Shown here one piece after another: positions 37,986 through 51,100 of a stretch of 64,000 nucleotides of DNA. This DNA is from Leucoraja ocellata. Lineage: Eukaryota. A program made the position numbers and the translations under genes. Position 1 is the first letter of the stretch. Every line of letters begins with the position of its first letter. The stretch is taken from positions 496,001-560,000 of the forward strand of contig JAWMAR010000433.1 in NCBI GenBank assembly GCA_036785375.1. The letters are read 5' to 3'. A model generated the notes under the pieces. The model was not told the origin of the DNA. It was given only the letters and a program-made list of their open reading frames with translations, and ran no database searches.

Positions 37986-39370
37986 CAATCAGACCTTTCT
38001 TAGCATCAAATAAGGACTTTAAAATGTCATGAGAGCTCAATCAATTCCATCTGTAGTTCTTTAGTAGCCTTGGAGACATCAACTAGGTGAGGTTGAAATG
38101 CTAATTTGAATGCTAAAAAATGCTATTTTCGTTGAATCTACTTTTACTCTTTGGTATTTTAAATACGTTCATTTTAAGATTAAAATACAAATAATAAAAG
38201 ACAAACAAAAACATATTAATAAAAATAAAAGGATTTGTTCCACAAAATTTGGATTCATTCAAAAGGCCGCACTTAATGGCCGAGAAGGCTGCATTAAGGC
38301 CGCAGGTTCCCCACCCCTGCTGTAGACACAACATGCTGGAGTGACTCAATGGGACAGGCAGCATCTCTTCAGAGAAGGAATGGGTGACGTTTCGGGTCGA
38401 GGCCCATCCTAAGCAATACTACTGTATTAATTTGTCAACAACTTCTCAGAAATACTCCATCTTCTCACATTTGTCACACTATCCATATCCCTTTCCATTC
38501 TAAATAAGCAGGATTTTCCAACCAAAACGAGGCTGACAAGCTATTGCTTTTTTTCTCTGCTATAAAACTTAGGGCTTTCTATTTGAGGGATTGTCCGAAG
38601 CTGAATTCCATAGCTTTCCTCATCAGCCTCCTGTTCTTAATTCACTCCAAATTTCTTTCTCTTAGGGTGCTTGTGCTTGCTGACAGCAACTTCTTTGACT
38701 GTCCTGATTTTAGATTTACCATTCCACCTGACAAGTGCCTCTATAGACTTACAACCCAATGCATGTCAGATCTTTCTATTTCTGGCCTCTAGTTCTTTTC
38801 TCATTGTATTCACTCCTTGTTGGTTACTGCACTTAAACTGCCTATGACCAAAGAACATTGAACATAGAACAGTACTAAACTGGAACAGGCCCTTCGAGGC
38901 CCCGCATTGATCCTATCCTCCCTGTCCTTCTCCCTGGTGAATACCGTTGCAAATTACTTGTTTAGTCAAGTAATACATCCTTTGACTCCAAACAGAATTC
39001 CTTCCTTAGTCCTTGAATGGTCCTACCTTCTTCCTAGTTATCTCTTGTTTTTAATAAACTCGCAAAAAGCCTTCACACATGCACAAACAAACAAACAAAC
39101 AAACAAACACAGACATATCTCCTGGACAGAGGATTCTAAAACTAGACTGTCCCCCCCCCCTCCCCCACACCGGATCCCCCTTTGTTCTCTCAGCGTCCCT
39201 CATGGCGGTGCCCCCAACGCCGGGTCCCCATTGTCTCCCCCCCCCCCCCCCCCCACGCTAACAGAGGGCTCACCACCATCTTGTTGCCATTGAGGCTCAT
39301 GCTGCTGCCGCTGAGGCTCCCATTATCGCCGCCGCTGAGGCTCCTTTGGCCCAGACATGCCTCGCCTGTT

Positions 39371-39694
39371 GTTTAGTTTAGTTTAGTTTAGAGATACAGC
39401 ATGGAAACAAGCCCTTCAGCCCACCGAGTCCCCACCGACCAGCGATCCCCCCAACATTAACACTATCCTACACACACTAGGGACAATTTACACGCTTATA
39501 CCAAGCCAATTAACCAACAAACCTGTACATCTTCGGAATGTGGGAAGAAATTGAAGATCCCGGAAAACACCCACGTGGTCACGGGGAGAACGTACAAACT
39601 CCATACAGATGGCACCCGTAGTTGGGATCGAACCCGGGTCTCCGGCGCTGCAAGCAGTGTAAGGCACTAACTCTACCACTGTGTCACCGTGAGG
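39371..39694 (-). mobile_element. HE1/V-SINE-like SINE
   Basis: (gttta)n tail, core, and B box gggatcgaacc on the plus strand. Confidence 0.88.
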
Positions 39695-40676
39695 TCCCAC
39701 ATCCAGTTGTGATCACTGTTCCACTGTAAAATGCCTGTGGGATACCCTCGTTTAAAAAGACTGGGAGGCAAAAAGTGGACAAGCATAGCTGGCTAATCGA
39801 ACCTCTGTTATTGGAAAAAAATTGAGTCAATTAGTCAAGCAGTAACCTCAAGAGCGCATTCGTTGAATGCATTTGGTATAGTTTCCGATGGCAAACAAGG
39901 TGATGCCTAACAATGCAGGTAGATAAATGACTTTTTTCCTCGCCCCTATTATTACTTGAGATATACACCTACCCATTCATCGCACTCATCCTCCATCCTG
40001 AGTCCCAGACTGAGACAGGGACCCTGATGAGCTGGATGGTGTAAATAGGAATTCTAGTTTTCTATGGCACTAAATTGGATCACTCAGTTTGCAAAGCAGA
40101 AGAGCAGAGATAGCCAGGTTGGCAATCAGTGGGCGACCTTCTGACAGGAACCAAGTTACTCCAAAACCTGCTGGAAGGTGGCTCAGGCACCCTGTCATTA
40201 CATTTTCATTCTATTCTCATTTTGTGTTCATCAGGTGAAAAGCCAGACTCATGTTCGGGAAGTTTAAACAACTTCTATCCTTTCAGAACTTCAACCCAAA
40301 ATAAACATTTTATTTGTTCCTATTAGTGGCAATATCGCCAGACGTGGAATGACACAGAATTGTCCCAATTCACCATCAGAGACACACTTTGTGATGTGGG
40401 TGGCATCTAGTTACATCAATGCAACCAACTGACAAATAAACACTTAACAAAGGTGTATAAATAGAAACCATTTCAATGTGTTAGCATTTACTGAGTATGA
40501 ATCATCTAAAATCAGTCTGCATTTGTTCAGAAGCGTTGTACCCAATTAAGAGTGCATAAGTAGCTCCTGGAAGGCAGCACAGATCTTCGTGATTCAGGTC
40601 TGGACCCTTCTTCGAGACTGGAGTAGAGAACGGATAACAGGTAGAAAGAGGTGAGGGGATCCAGAGAGAAAGTGGG

Positions 40677-41153
40677 TAGACAATAGACAATGGACAATAG
40701 GTGCAGGAGTAGGCCATTCAGCCCTTCGAGCCAGCACCGCCATTCAATGTGATCGTTGCTGATCATCCCTAATCAGTACCCCGCTCCTGCCTTATCCCCA
40801 TATCCCCTGACTCCGCTATCTTTAAGAGCCCTATCTAGCTTTCTCTTGAAAGTATCCAGAGAACCGGCCTCCACCGCCCTCTGAAGCAGAGAATTCCATA
40901 GACTCACCACTCTCTGTGTGAAGAAATGTTTTCTCGTCTCCGTTCTAAATGGCTTACCCCTTATTCTTAAACTGTGGCCCCTGGTTCTGGACTCCCCCAA
41001 CATCGGGAACATTTTTCCTGCCTCCAGCATGTCCAAACCCTTAATAATATTATTATATGTTTCAATAAGATCGCCTCTCATCCTTCTAAACTCCACAGTA
41101 TACAAGCCCAACTGCACCATTCTCTCAGCATATGACAGTCCCGCCATCCCGGA
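40677..41153 (-). mobile_element. CR1 3' end inserted in a Penelope fragment
   Basis: ORF 40773-41147 reads RGDLIETY...TRGHSL...WNSL. caataga tail. Penelope-like flanks at about 40585-40676 and 41155-41365. Confidence 0.85.
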
Positions 41154-41365
41154 ATGAAAAGAGCGGGTGGGGGAAATAGGAGGCCCAGGGGGTTAGTTAT
41201 GAGTGATGAGCAGACGGAGGAAGTGGAGGAGAAGAATGGAACCAGGTGATGGGAAGATAGAAAGAAAGATGTGCATGAGAGGACATGGGCAGATCAGAAG
41301 GAGACCATTTACTTGAATTTGGAGAATTCAATGTTCATGCCTTTGGGCTGTAGGCTATCTTCAGG

Positions 41366-41565
41366 NNNNNNNNNNNNNNNNNNNNNNNNNNNNNNNNNNN
41401 NNNNNNNNNNNNNNNNNNNNNNNNNNNNNNNNNNNNNNNNNNNNNNNNNNNNNNNNNNNNNNNNNNNNNNNNNNNNNNNNNNNNNNNNNNNNNNNNNNNN
41501 NNNNNNNNNNNNNNNNNNNNNNNNNNNNNNNNNNNNNNNNNNNNNNNNNNNNNNNNNNNNNNNNN
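41366..41565. other. Assembly gap (200 N)
   Basis: Run of N. The round length suggests a placeholder, so adjacency across it is uncertain. Confidence 0.99.
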
Positions 41566-41697
41566 ATATAGCACGTTTTAAGTCAACTCGCATTGACACC
41601 AAAGTGCTTTACAAAAATAGATAATACGTTTGCATACCATAGAAAAAGGTAAACAATAAAGAAAAATTGACTCAACACATATAGAGTTCTACACAAG

Positions 41698-41731
<34 letters not shown>

Positions 41732-41864
41732 ACCCCCCCACCCCACACCCCACACACAGCAGAATCAAATTTCCACTGTGGGGAAAGGCACCAGAATGTT
41801 AAGTCCTCTTCCTCTGAAAACCCTCGAGGTCGGCCCATGCAAGCCAGTCCGATGAATATACTCA

Positions 41865-44337
41865 ATAGAACATACTCAATATTTCTAACTAGGTTTAATG
41901 CCCAGTGTCTATAGTGATGACAACTCCAGATTAGTCCATTTGCCACCATATTCTAGGTATAGGATATAGTTTGAACACTAGGATCTCAGCTCATTGGAAA
42001 GGTACAATGTTCAGTAGCTGGTAATGCTGCTACTATCCCAATTACTCTTGCCACGTAGTTGATAGGTGGTTAAATGTTACCATAACTGATAGCATTAATG
42101 AATACCAGGTAGACAATGTTGTGGATGGAGTCAACGTAGATCTGGATAATATGACAGAGCCCAGGCTAATATAAGTTAGTAGCTAATGCAGCTGATATAG
42201 CTATATCCAAGGATGGTCTGTCGTTAATATATAGACATGCCATGATGAAATGTTCCTTAAGTGTCAGGGCTGGTTTGAATTTCTGGAATAGTTTCAGCTC
42301 ATATAAGCCAATTCAATAATAAGTCAACTCAAATCAAGTCGTCAAGTTATTTGTCACATACACATGCAAGGTGCAGTGAATGAAAATGGCAATGCTCGCC
42401 ATGGTTGCCCTATCCAGGTAAATAGAGGTATATCTGAAATCTATATGAGAGGGTACTGAATAGGATGCATTTTTAAAGTCGATGTCTACCATAAAGTATC
42501 CTTGGAATCCATGGTAGTAGTTACAAATTCCACGTGGGTATACCTGGTGAATATTCAAGTGGTTAATCAATGATGGTGCGACATTCACCATATTGGGGTT
42601 TTTTGGTACCAAAGGCTCATATGAGATTTATTATGACCATTGGTATATCTTTCCCAGTAGCTAGACCATCATGTTTCTTTGTGGGAGGGTAGACCCCTTG
42701 GGGTGCAAGCTGAACTGGTGGCAAGATATTAATTCTATTCCCCTCGAATATTTTTTGGTATATAACTACCAAGAGTGATAGCTACCCAACCAGGTGTGAT
42801 CCCCCCTCCCTCTGTTAGTACAAACCCTTTACCTTTATGTGATGGCAGGAACCATACTTATCGGTCTTCCCTGTTGTTTGGTGGTGTGTTCATTTCTACG
42901 GTTTCTAGTTCCTTGTCTGTAGGGATGGTGTGTTGGGGGATGGCGCATTGTCAATGGGGCCCGCTCTGGGCCCTGGCCTAAAAGGCTTACGGGATTGGCA
43001 TGCAGGCCCCAAACTTTCACTAGTACCATGACGTAGACGTCCCTGGTGGACGCGTAGAGGTACTGTTGTCTGGTTTAGTGTGGTGCTCATTCCAGACCCT
43101 GCCCTCTTGAGCCGAATATTTTCGACAATTCGTCCATTTTTTTAGGCTTGGTTTGGTAACTTGCCAGATAGCAGGATCTGTGGTTGTGAGGTCGGCGTTC
43201 TCACAGTCCTGTGAATTTTATAGGTTGAGGGCAGGTTTGTGACTTTCTTTGAGAAGTTGCGGAGCATACTGTGAACAGTAGGGTCAGGTGTTTTGCCATA
43301 CTACCCTGCCCTTCTGGAATGAGCATGCGAACATGATAGCCGACGTCAGGGTATCAAATTCAATTTTAAGATATTTGGGTTTTAAAATGCCTTGCTCAAT
43401 GTGTCCCCCAATAATGGTGGGCACTTTGAGTAAATGCAATTTAGGGGAGGCGTGATGAAATCCAACGCCTCATGGCTACCTGTCTTGGAGAGGTTTTTTG
43501 GAAAAACAGTTAGTAGGCTGGTCATCAGTGAGACTGAAAGGCCATCTCGCTCGTGGTGAAGCCACGTAGCGGCCACACCCAGCAGCTCTTCCTGATCCTG
43601 TACCTCAAGCATACTCCCGATGTTGTTCAGCCAGTGACCCCTCTTCTTGACCAGCCCAGCTCTGGTCGCCATCAATCCATCGACAAGGAGATGACCAGTG
43701 CTATAGCACTGGAGCGGGAGTGTTATGCTCCCTTGGTGGACTTGCCCCTGCTCCTGGGGCAAGTCTCGCTGGAGTTTTATACTCCATGACCTACTCAAGG
43801 CTTGGAGAGCAGACACTTGCTGGTTCCATCTTCTGTGTCTGTCTCCAGCCCAGATGTTTGCTTGCTGACTTGCTCTGGAGGCTGCCTGCCGTTTTTCGGC
43901 CGGTATCTGCGGTTCTCGGGCGGCGAGTCTCCTTGTCGGGAGTTGCAGGGATTACCGGACGTTTTTTTTATTTCCCTCCAGTCCGCTGCTGTTGGTCAGA
44001 CAGCTGTTAGCAGACTGGGCATCGGCGCAGTACCCTGCTGTGGTCCGCAGCGTGTGCAGTCCCTGTGCAGACACTCCCCCCTCCACTAACGGAACGTTCC
44101 TTCCCTGGAGTCGAATGGTGGCCGCTTCCCTCTGCTGCTTTCCTCCCCCTGGAGCAACAAACGAGAGCAAAGTCGCGATTTTAAACTGAAGGTAAGTACT
44201 TATCTAACGGCCTTCAGGCTTGTAGCGGGAGAGCCTGTACTCCCGCTCGTTCGCTGTTGCACTGCGTGAACGCAATGTCGCACATGCGTGCTGAGCGGGC
44301 TCTTCACGTAGTCACTCACGTAACTCCGAAGTAAAAT
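41865..44337 (-). mobile_element. Second DIRS element, degenerate and 3'-truncated
   Basis: Minus-strand terminus ATT-ttacttcggagttacgtgagtgactacgtgaag nearly matches copy 1. RT remnant GYFMVDIDFKNASYSVP (ORF 42334-42612). RNase H-like remnant near 41870-41910. No recombinase or right end seen. Confidence 0.85.
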
Positions 44338-44548
44338 TGTCATTTTTAGGAATACACCAAAGCAATGATCACACAGATTTGCTTCCATATATTTTAATTT
44401 GAGAAAAATAATCTCTTCTATCAGAACAGATTGATTCTGCTGCTATGTTATGTTATGTTATGTTATAACTGAAGTATTGGAATAAATATATTGGCAGAGG
44501 GTCAATGTTCCAAACAGTTATATTTGCCCCTCTGGCTTACAATATTAA

Positions 44549-44785
44549 AGGGCCTGTCCCACTTTCATGACCTAATTCACTACCTTTTTTACTTACTGAC
44601 ATTTTTTATCAGGCTAGAAACACGCCCCGACCTATTTGATGCCACGCGTACCTACGACTAGCATCACGACCTACCTTGGACCTACGTACGACTTCCTATG
44701 ACCGCATGACGACCATGCTGCGAGTATGAGTCAAGGGCAAACTCGGCAGAAGTCCTGAATTAGGTCGTAAAGTGGGACAGGTCCT
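44549..44785. mobile_element. Harbinger-like MITE
   Basis: TIR agggcctgtcccacttt...aaagtgggacaggtcct. cctacga micro-repeats. Confidence 0.8.
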
Positions 44786-45228
44786 AACGAAGGTGCCAGG
44801 ATTTGGGAGAGGATTTCTCTTGGCAGATTCTTACTCGACAATTGCAGTAATCAACTCATTAAGAAGCTTAACTTAATTATTGCCAATGATGGTAATGACA
44901 TGCTGGCAAGTGTTGGCACAGTTCCTTCATTTGCTGAAGGCAGAGGGTGCCAAATGTGCAACTTGCTTGTGTAAAACCATTGCTGAGGGCAAGTACATGG
45001 TAACCCGTGTGCGTGTGCTGCTGGAAGGTGACATTAAACTTCTCATGAGAGGACTGCTATTTACGAACATTGCGTATTTGCAAAGTGGATTATAAATTCA
45101 GATTCTGGCTCCTCTGGTTTGGGGTACTTTGAAACAATATTTTCAAGTGTTACCAGAAAATTTCAACAAATGGGGCATAAATAGTTTTTTTATTGGATAG
45201 GAAAGTGTCAGAAAAGGAAGACGGGATG

Positions 45229-46273
45229 TTTTAGTTTAGAGATACAACGTGGAAACAGGCCCTTCGGCCCTCCGGGTGTGTGCCGACCTGCGATCCCCGC
45301 ATATTAACACTATCCCACTAGGGACAATTTTAACATTTACCAAGACAATCAACCTACAAACCTTTACATCTTTGGAGTGTGGGAGGAAACCACAGATTTC
45401 AGATAAAACCCACGCAGGTCACGGGGAGAACGTACAAACTCCGTATAGATAGCACCCATAGTCGAGATCGATCCCGAGTCTCCGGTGCTGCAAGCGCTGT
45501 AATGGGTCTGTTCCACTTAGGCGACTATTTAGGCGACTGCAGGAGACTATGCAGTCACCACATGGTCGCCACATGTCCGCGGGTAGTTGCCGGGGAGTTA
45601 CCTTCATGGTTGCGAGGAGTTCCCGCATTCTGGGAACTAATCGCGGCCTCATTATGGTCGCTGCGAATTTTTCAACATGTTTTTCACCATTTTATAAGAA
45701 TTCACTTGCCATAGGTGGGTCGCCAGGAGGTCGCAGGTTCTCAGAAGTTCTCGTGGGTTGTAGCCAGTGCTGACCGGTGAATTTCATTGGCTCATTGGGG
45801 AAAAAATATAAGCAGTAGTTTTCGGAACCAAGGATAACCGACCGGTAACGTTAAATGTCCACCTAGTTTCACAGCCGTGTATCTCTGGCTTCTTAAAAGT
45901 TGTCTCCACTCCTTCTCCCCACTTCGCCCCCCTCTCCCCCCCTCCTCTTTTAAAGGACTTACCGTGCACTGTGCTTTAGCTGTCTTAATTACAGCGCCAA
46001 TCTTCCTGTTCATCGCGGTGGGTCTGTATCACCTTGGCTTTGCACCGTGTGAATTTTTTAGACTGGGCAAGCGGTGGGAGCGCTGTCTAAAAAATTCACA
46101 CGGGCTGGTGAAGGAAGCCATGAGTTTGTGTGTGTTCCACTCTGACAGTCGCCGTTCCAGTTACCGGTTTTTCAGGCGAATGCCGCAAACTTGACAGTCA
46201 CCGGCAGTCCGCTGAAAAATCGCCTGAGTGGGACAGGCCCATTAGGCAGTAACTCTACCACTGTGCCACCGTG
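45229..46273 (-). mobile_element. HE1/V-SINE-like SINE split by a MITE
   Basis: Body at 45229-45502, head at 46242-46273. Confidence 0.82.
45503..46241. mobile_element. Harbinger-like MITE inserted in a SINE
   Basis: TIR tgggtctgttccacttaggcga/tcgcctgagtgggacaggccca. Splits the SINE at gctg-TAA-ggcag. Confidence 0.82.
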
Positions 46274-47174
46274 ACTAAGGTAAGTAAATCAGGTAGCGAT
46301 CTTCTGTGATTTAATTTGGTGAAGAACGTGTTTTCTGGCACAGGCCAACCTATCTACATCTTATCCAATTGGCAGCTACGTTTGGAATGGACTTGGCTAG
46401 TCCCAGCACAGGGATGTCATTGTAAATGACATTCAAGATCATTACATTATCAAAGGATTGTGCCACAACTCAACTCTGCTGTGACCGAGGACCATAGCAG
46501 CTGCCTTAGTGTACAGGTATGAGCTATTTGCCAGAATAACATTTATCATTTTGGTTTGGGAATCGGTATTGGTTTATTTTTGTCACATATACCAAGATAC
46601 ATTAGAAAAAAATAAATTTGTGCTGTCCATGCAAATCATACCATACATGGGTACATCAGATAGTGCAACAGAGAAAATAAACAGAATGCAGAATATAGCG
46701 TTACAGCTACTGAGACAATGCAGATAAAAAATAACTCCATGGGCACAACAAGATAGATTGGAAAATCAGGAATGGAATGGATTGGGTGAGAAGCTATTTA
46801 AGAAACAGGCAACAATTTGTAGAAATAGGTGAACATAAATCAACTTGCATGAACATAACTTGTGGAGTACCTCAAGGGTCTGTGTTAGGTCCAAAGCTTT
46901 TTATAATATACATTAACGACATATGCAGACTATCAAATATACTGAAATTGATTATATTTGCCGATGATATGAATATTATTTGTTCCGGTGACAAATTGAA
47001 GCAGCTTTTGGAGGTCATCACATCAGAAATGAATAAATTAAAACAGTGGTTTGATGTCAACAAATTGTCTCTAAATTTAAGCAAAACAAAGATTATGCTA
47101 TTTGGAAAACATAACAAAACAAACCCTCAAGTACAATTGATAATAGATAACATAAGTATATGAAAATAAGAGTA

Positions 47175-47853
47175 CAGGTGCACAACCTTTTATCCGGGGT
47201 TCCGGAAACCGAAAAGCTCCGAAAACCGGACATTTTTTCCAGGATGTCATCTGCACACCAAAGCTCGCGTTTGGCGCCAAACATGACCTGAAACAACCCA
47301 TGGTCAACCCAGGTCTGCACTACTGTAGCGGCTGCCTCCTCCCCGGAGACCAGGGAGACACTTAAACATCTGTAAATCATTGCTTAAATGTTAGTCAGTT
47401 AGTTTGGAGGGCTTTTTTGTGAACGGGGAAACTTTAATTCTTAGTCCCCTACCTGGTCGGAGAGGCGGGGAGCGGGCAATGCCTTACCGGGTCGCCGTGC
47501 AGTAAGCTCCGGAGCGCTGTGGCTGACGACTCCCAACATCGCGGAGCTGGGGGCTGCGGGCGTCCGGCCACGGGCGGCGCCGGTTGTAGCTCCGCCCCGG
47601 CAACTCTACCCCTGGCTACCCCCCCCCCCCCCACCACCACATTAAATCCCTCCAAACTAACTGACTAACATTTAAGCAATGATTTACAATAATTCCCCGG
47701 TCTCCGGGGAGGAGGCAGCAGCTCCAGACTTTTCAAGCCACCCGTGCTACCTACCTAATCTACGCTAAAAATCTTCCATTCGGAAATCCGAAAAATTCCG
47801 AAATCCGAGAAGTGTCTGGTCCCAAGGCTTTCGGATAAAAGGTTGTGCACCTG
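47175..47853. mobile_element. Tc1/mariner (Tigger-like) MITE
   Basis: Perfect 22-bp TIR CAGGTGCACAACCTTTTATCCG. TA on both sides. Second internal inverted repeat at 47335-47411 and 47648-47716. Confidence 0.9.
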
Positions 47854-48108
47854 TATATGAAAATAAATTTATTGGTGTGATTTTAGACCACAAAGTCTGC
47901 TGGAAACCACATAAAGACCACGTCAAAGCAAAACTGGCAAAGTCTATAGCAATATTGGGAAAATCAAGACATATTCTGGACCACAAATCATTACATACTC
48001 TGTATAATACACTCATATTGCCATATCTGAGTTACTGTGTGGAGATATGGGGTAACGCCTACAAAACCAACCTACAGCCATTATGCACATTACAAAAAAA
48101 GCAATAGG

Positions 48109-51100
48109 GAGGTGGAGCGAGGTGGAGGATAAATGCGTGGCTGAAAGACTGGTGCAGAGGGCAGGGATTCAAGTTCTTGGATCATTGGGACTTCTTTTGG
48201 GGAAGGTGGGACCTGTACAGAAAGGATGGATTGCACTTGAACCCGAGGGGGACAAATATCCTAGCGGGGAAATTTGCAAAGGCTGCTGGGGAGACTTTAA
48301 ACTAGAATGGTTGGGGCGAGGGACTCAAATAGCGAAAGTTAGTAGACAGAATGGGAGGCAGGAAACAGAAAAGGGAAGCACTCGGACACAAGAGGAGAAA
48401 GAAAAAAAAGGAAATAAACAGAGAATAAGAGACGGGGGGTTTCTTAAATGTGCATATTTTAATGCTAGGTAAATTGTAAGAAAAGTGGATGAGCTTAGAG
48501 TCTGGATAGACACCTGGAAGTATGATGTTGTGGCGATCAGTGAAACATGGTTGCAGGAGGGCTGTGATTGGAAACTAAATATTCCAGGATTTCGTTGCTT
48601 CAGGTGTGATAGAATTGGAGGGGCAAGAGGTGGAGGTGTTGCATTGCTAGTCAGGGAAGATATTACAGCAGTGCTTTGGCAGGATAGATTGGAGGGCTCA
48701 TCTAGGAAGGCTATTTGGGTGGAATTGAGAAGTGGGAAAGGTGTAGCAACACTTATTGGGGTGTATTATAGACCGCCAAATGGGGAACGAGAATTGGAAG
48801 AGCAAATATGTAAGGAGATAGCAGATATTAGTAGTAAGCACAAGGTAGTGATTGTGGGAGATTTCAACTTTCCACACATAGACTGGGAAACACATTCTGT
48901 AAATGGGCTGGATGGGTTGGAGTTTGTAAAATGTGTGCAGGATAGTTTTTTGCAGCAATACATAGAGGTACCTACTAGAGGAGGGGCAGTGCTGGACCTC
49001 CTGTTAGGAAATGAGACAGGACAGGTGGCAGAGGTATGCGTTGGGGAGCACTTCGGGTCCAGTGATCACAATGCCATTAGTTTCAATATAATTATGGAGA
49101 GGGTCAGAACTGGACCTAGGGTTGAGATTTTTGATTGGAGAAAGGCTAACTTTGATGAGATGCGAGATGATTTAAAAGGAGTGAACTGGGACATTTTGTT
49201 TTATGGGAAAGATGTAGAAGAGAAATGGAGGACATTTAAAGGGGAAATTTTAAGAGTACAGAATCTTTATGTTCCTGTTCGGTTGAAAGGAAACAGTAAA
49301 AATTGGAAAGAGCCCTGGTTTTCAAGGGAAATTGGACATCTTGTTCGGAAAAAGAGGGAGATCTACAATAATTATAGGCAGCATGAAGTAAATGAGGTGC
49401 TTGAGGAGTATAAGGAATGTAAAAAGAATCTTAAGAAAGAAATTAGAAAAGCTAAAAGAAGATATGAGGTTGCTTTGGCAAGTAAGGTGAAAGTAAATCC
49501 AAAGGGTTTCTACAGCTATATTAATAGCAAAAGGATAACGAGGGATAAAATTGGTCCATTGGAGAGACAGAGTGGACAGTTATCTGCAGAGCCAAAAGAG
49601 ATGGGGGAGATATTGAACAATTTTTTTTCTTCGGTATTCACCAAGGAGAAGGATATTGAATTATGTGAGGTAAGGGAAACTAGTAGAGTAGCTATGGATA
49701 CTATGAGGTTCAAAGTAAAAGAAGTACTGACACTTTTGAAAAATATAAAAGTGGATAAGTCTCCAGGTCCTGACAGGATATTCCCTAGGACATTGAGGGA
49801 AGTTAGTGTAGAAATAGCCGGGGCTATGACAGAAATATTTCAAATGTCATTAGAAACGGGAATAGTCCCCGAGGATTAGCGTACTGCGCATGTTGTTCCA
49901 TTGTTTAAAAAGGGTTCTAAGAGTAAACCTAGCAATTATAGACCTGTTAGTTTGACTTCAGTGGTGGGCAAATTAATGGAAAAGATACTTAGAGATAATA
50001 TATATAAGCATCTAGATAAACATGGTCTGATTAGGAACAGTCAACATGGATTTGTGCCTGGAAGGTCATGTTTGACTAATCTTGAATTTTTTGAAGAGGT
50101 TACTAGGGAAATTGACGAGGGTAAAGAGTGGATGTTGTCTATATGGACTTTAGTAAGGCCTTTGACAAGGTTCCTCATGGAAGGTTGGTTAAGAAGGTTC
50201 AACTGTTGGGTATAAATGCAGGAATAGCAAGATGGATTCAACAGTGGCTGAATGGGAGAAGCCAGAGGGTAATGGTTGATGGCAGTTTATCGGGTTGGAG
50301 GCAGGTGACTAGTGGGGTGCCTCAGGGATCTGTGTTGGGTCCTTTGTTGTTTGTCATGTACATCAATGATCTGGATGAAGGTGTGGTAAATTGGATTAGT
50401 AAGTATGCAGATGATACCAAGATAGGGGGTGTTGTGGATAATGAAGAGGATTTCCAAAGTCTACAGAGTGATTTAGGCCATTTGGAAAAATGGGCTGAAA
50501 GATGGCAGATGGAGTTTAATGCTGATAAATGTGAGGTGCTACACCTTGGCAGGACAAATCAAAATAGGACGTACATGGTAAATGGTAGGGAATTGAAGAA
50601 TACAGTTGAACAGAGGGATCTGGGTATAACCGTGCATAGTTCCTTGAAGGTGGAATCTCATATAGATAGGGTGGTAAAGAAAGCTTTTGGTATGCTGGCC
50701 TTTATAAATCAGAGCATTGAGTATAGAAGCTGGGATGTAATGTTAAAATTGTACAAGGCATTGGTGAGACCAAATCTGGAGTATGGTGTACAATTTTGGT
50801 CGTCCAATTATAGGAAGGATGTCAACAAAATAGAGAGAGTACAGAGGAGATTTACTAGAATGTTGCCTGGGTTTCAACAACTAAGTTACAGAGATAGGTT
50901 GAATAAGTTAGGTCTTTATTCTCTGGAGCGCAGAAGATTAAGGGGGGACTTGATAGAGGTCTTTAAAATGATGAGAGGGATAGACAGAGTTGATGTGGAC
51001 AAGCTTTTCCCTTTGAGAATAGGGAAGATTCAAACAAGAGGACATGACTTCAGAATTAAGGGACAGAAGTTTAGGGGTAATATGAGGGGGAACTTCTTTA

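Larger units (their letters stand above)
29985..38319 (-). mobile_element. hAT (Charlie/SPIN-like) deletion derivative hosting nested insertions
   Basis: Perfect 14-bp TIR CAGGGGTGGGGAAC...GTTCCCCACCCCTG. 8-bp TSD ctgtagat/ctgtagac with central TA. Minus-strand transposase C-terminus at about 37810-37970. Confidence 0.9.

Noticed and set aside
41271-41624. ORFs spanning X runs
   Set aside because: Artefacts of the N gap.
41697-41752. Long poly-C tract (G-quadruplex potential on the minus strand), also at 36164 and 39150-39255
   Set aside because: Homopolymer expansions within repeats. Lengths near the gap may be sequencing artefacts.
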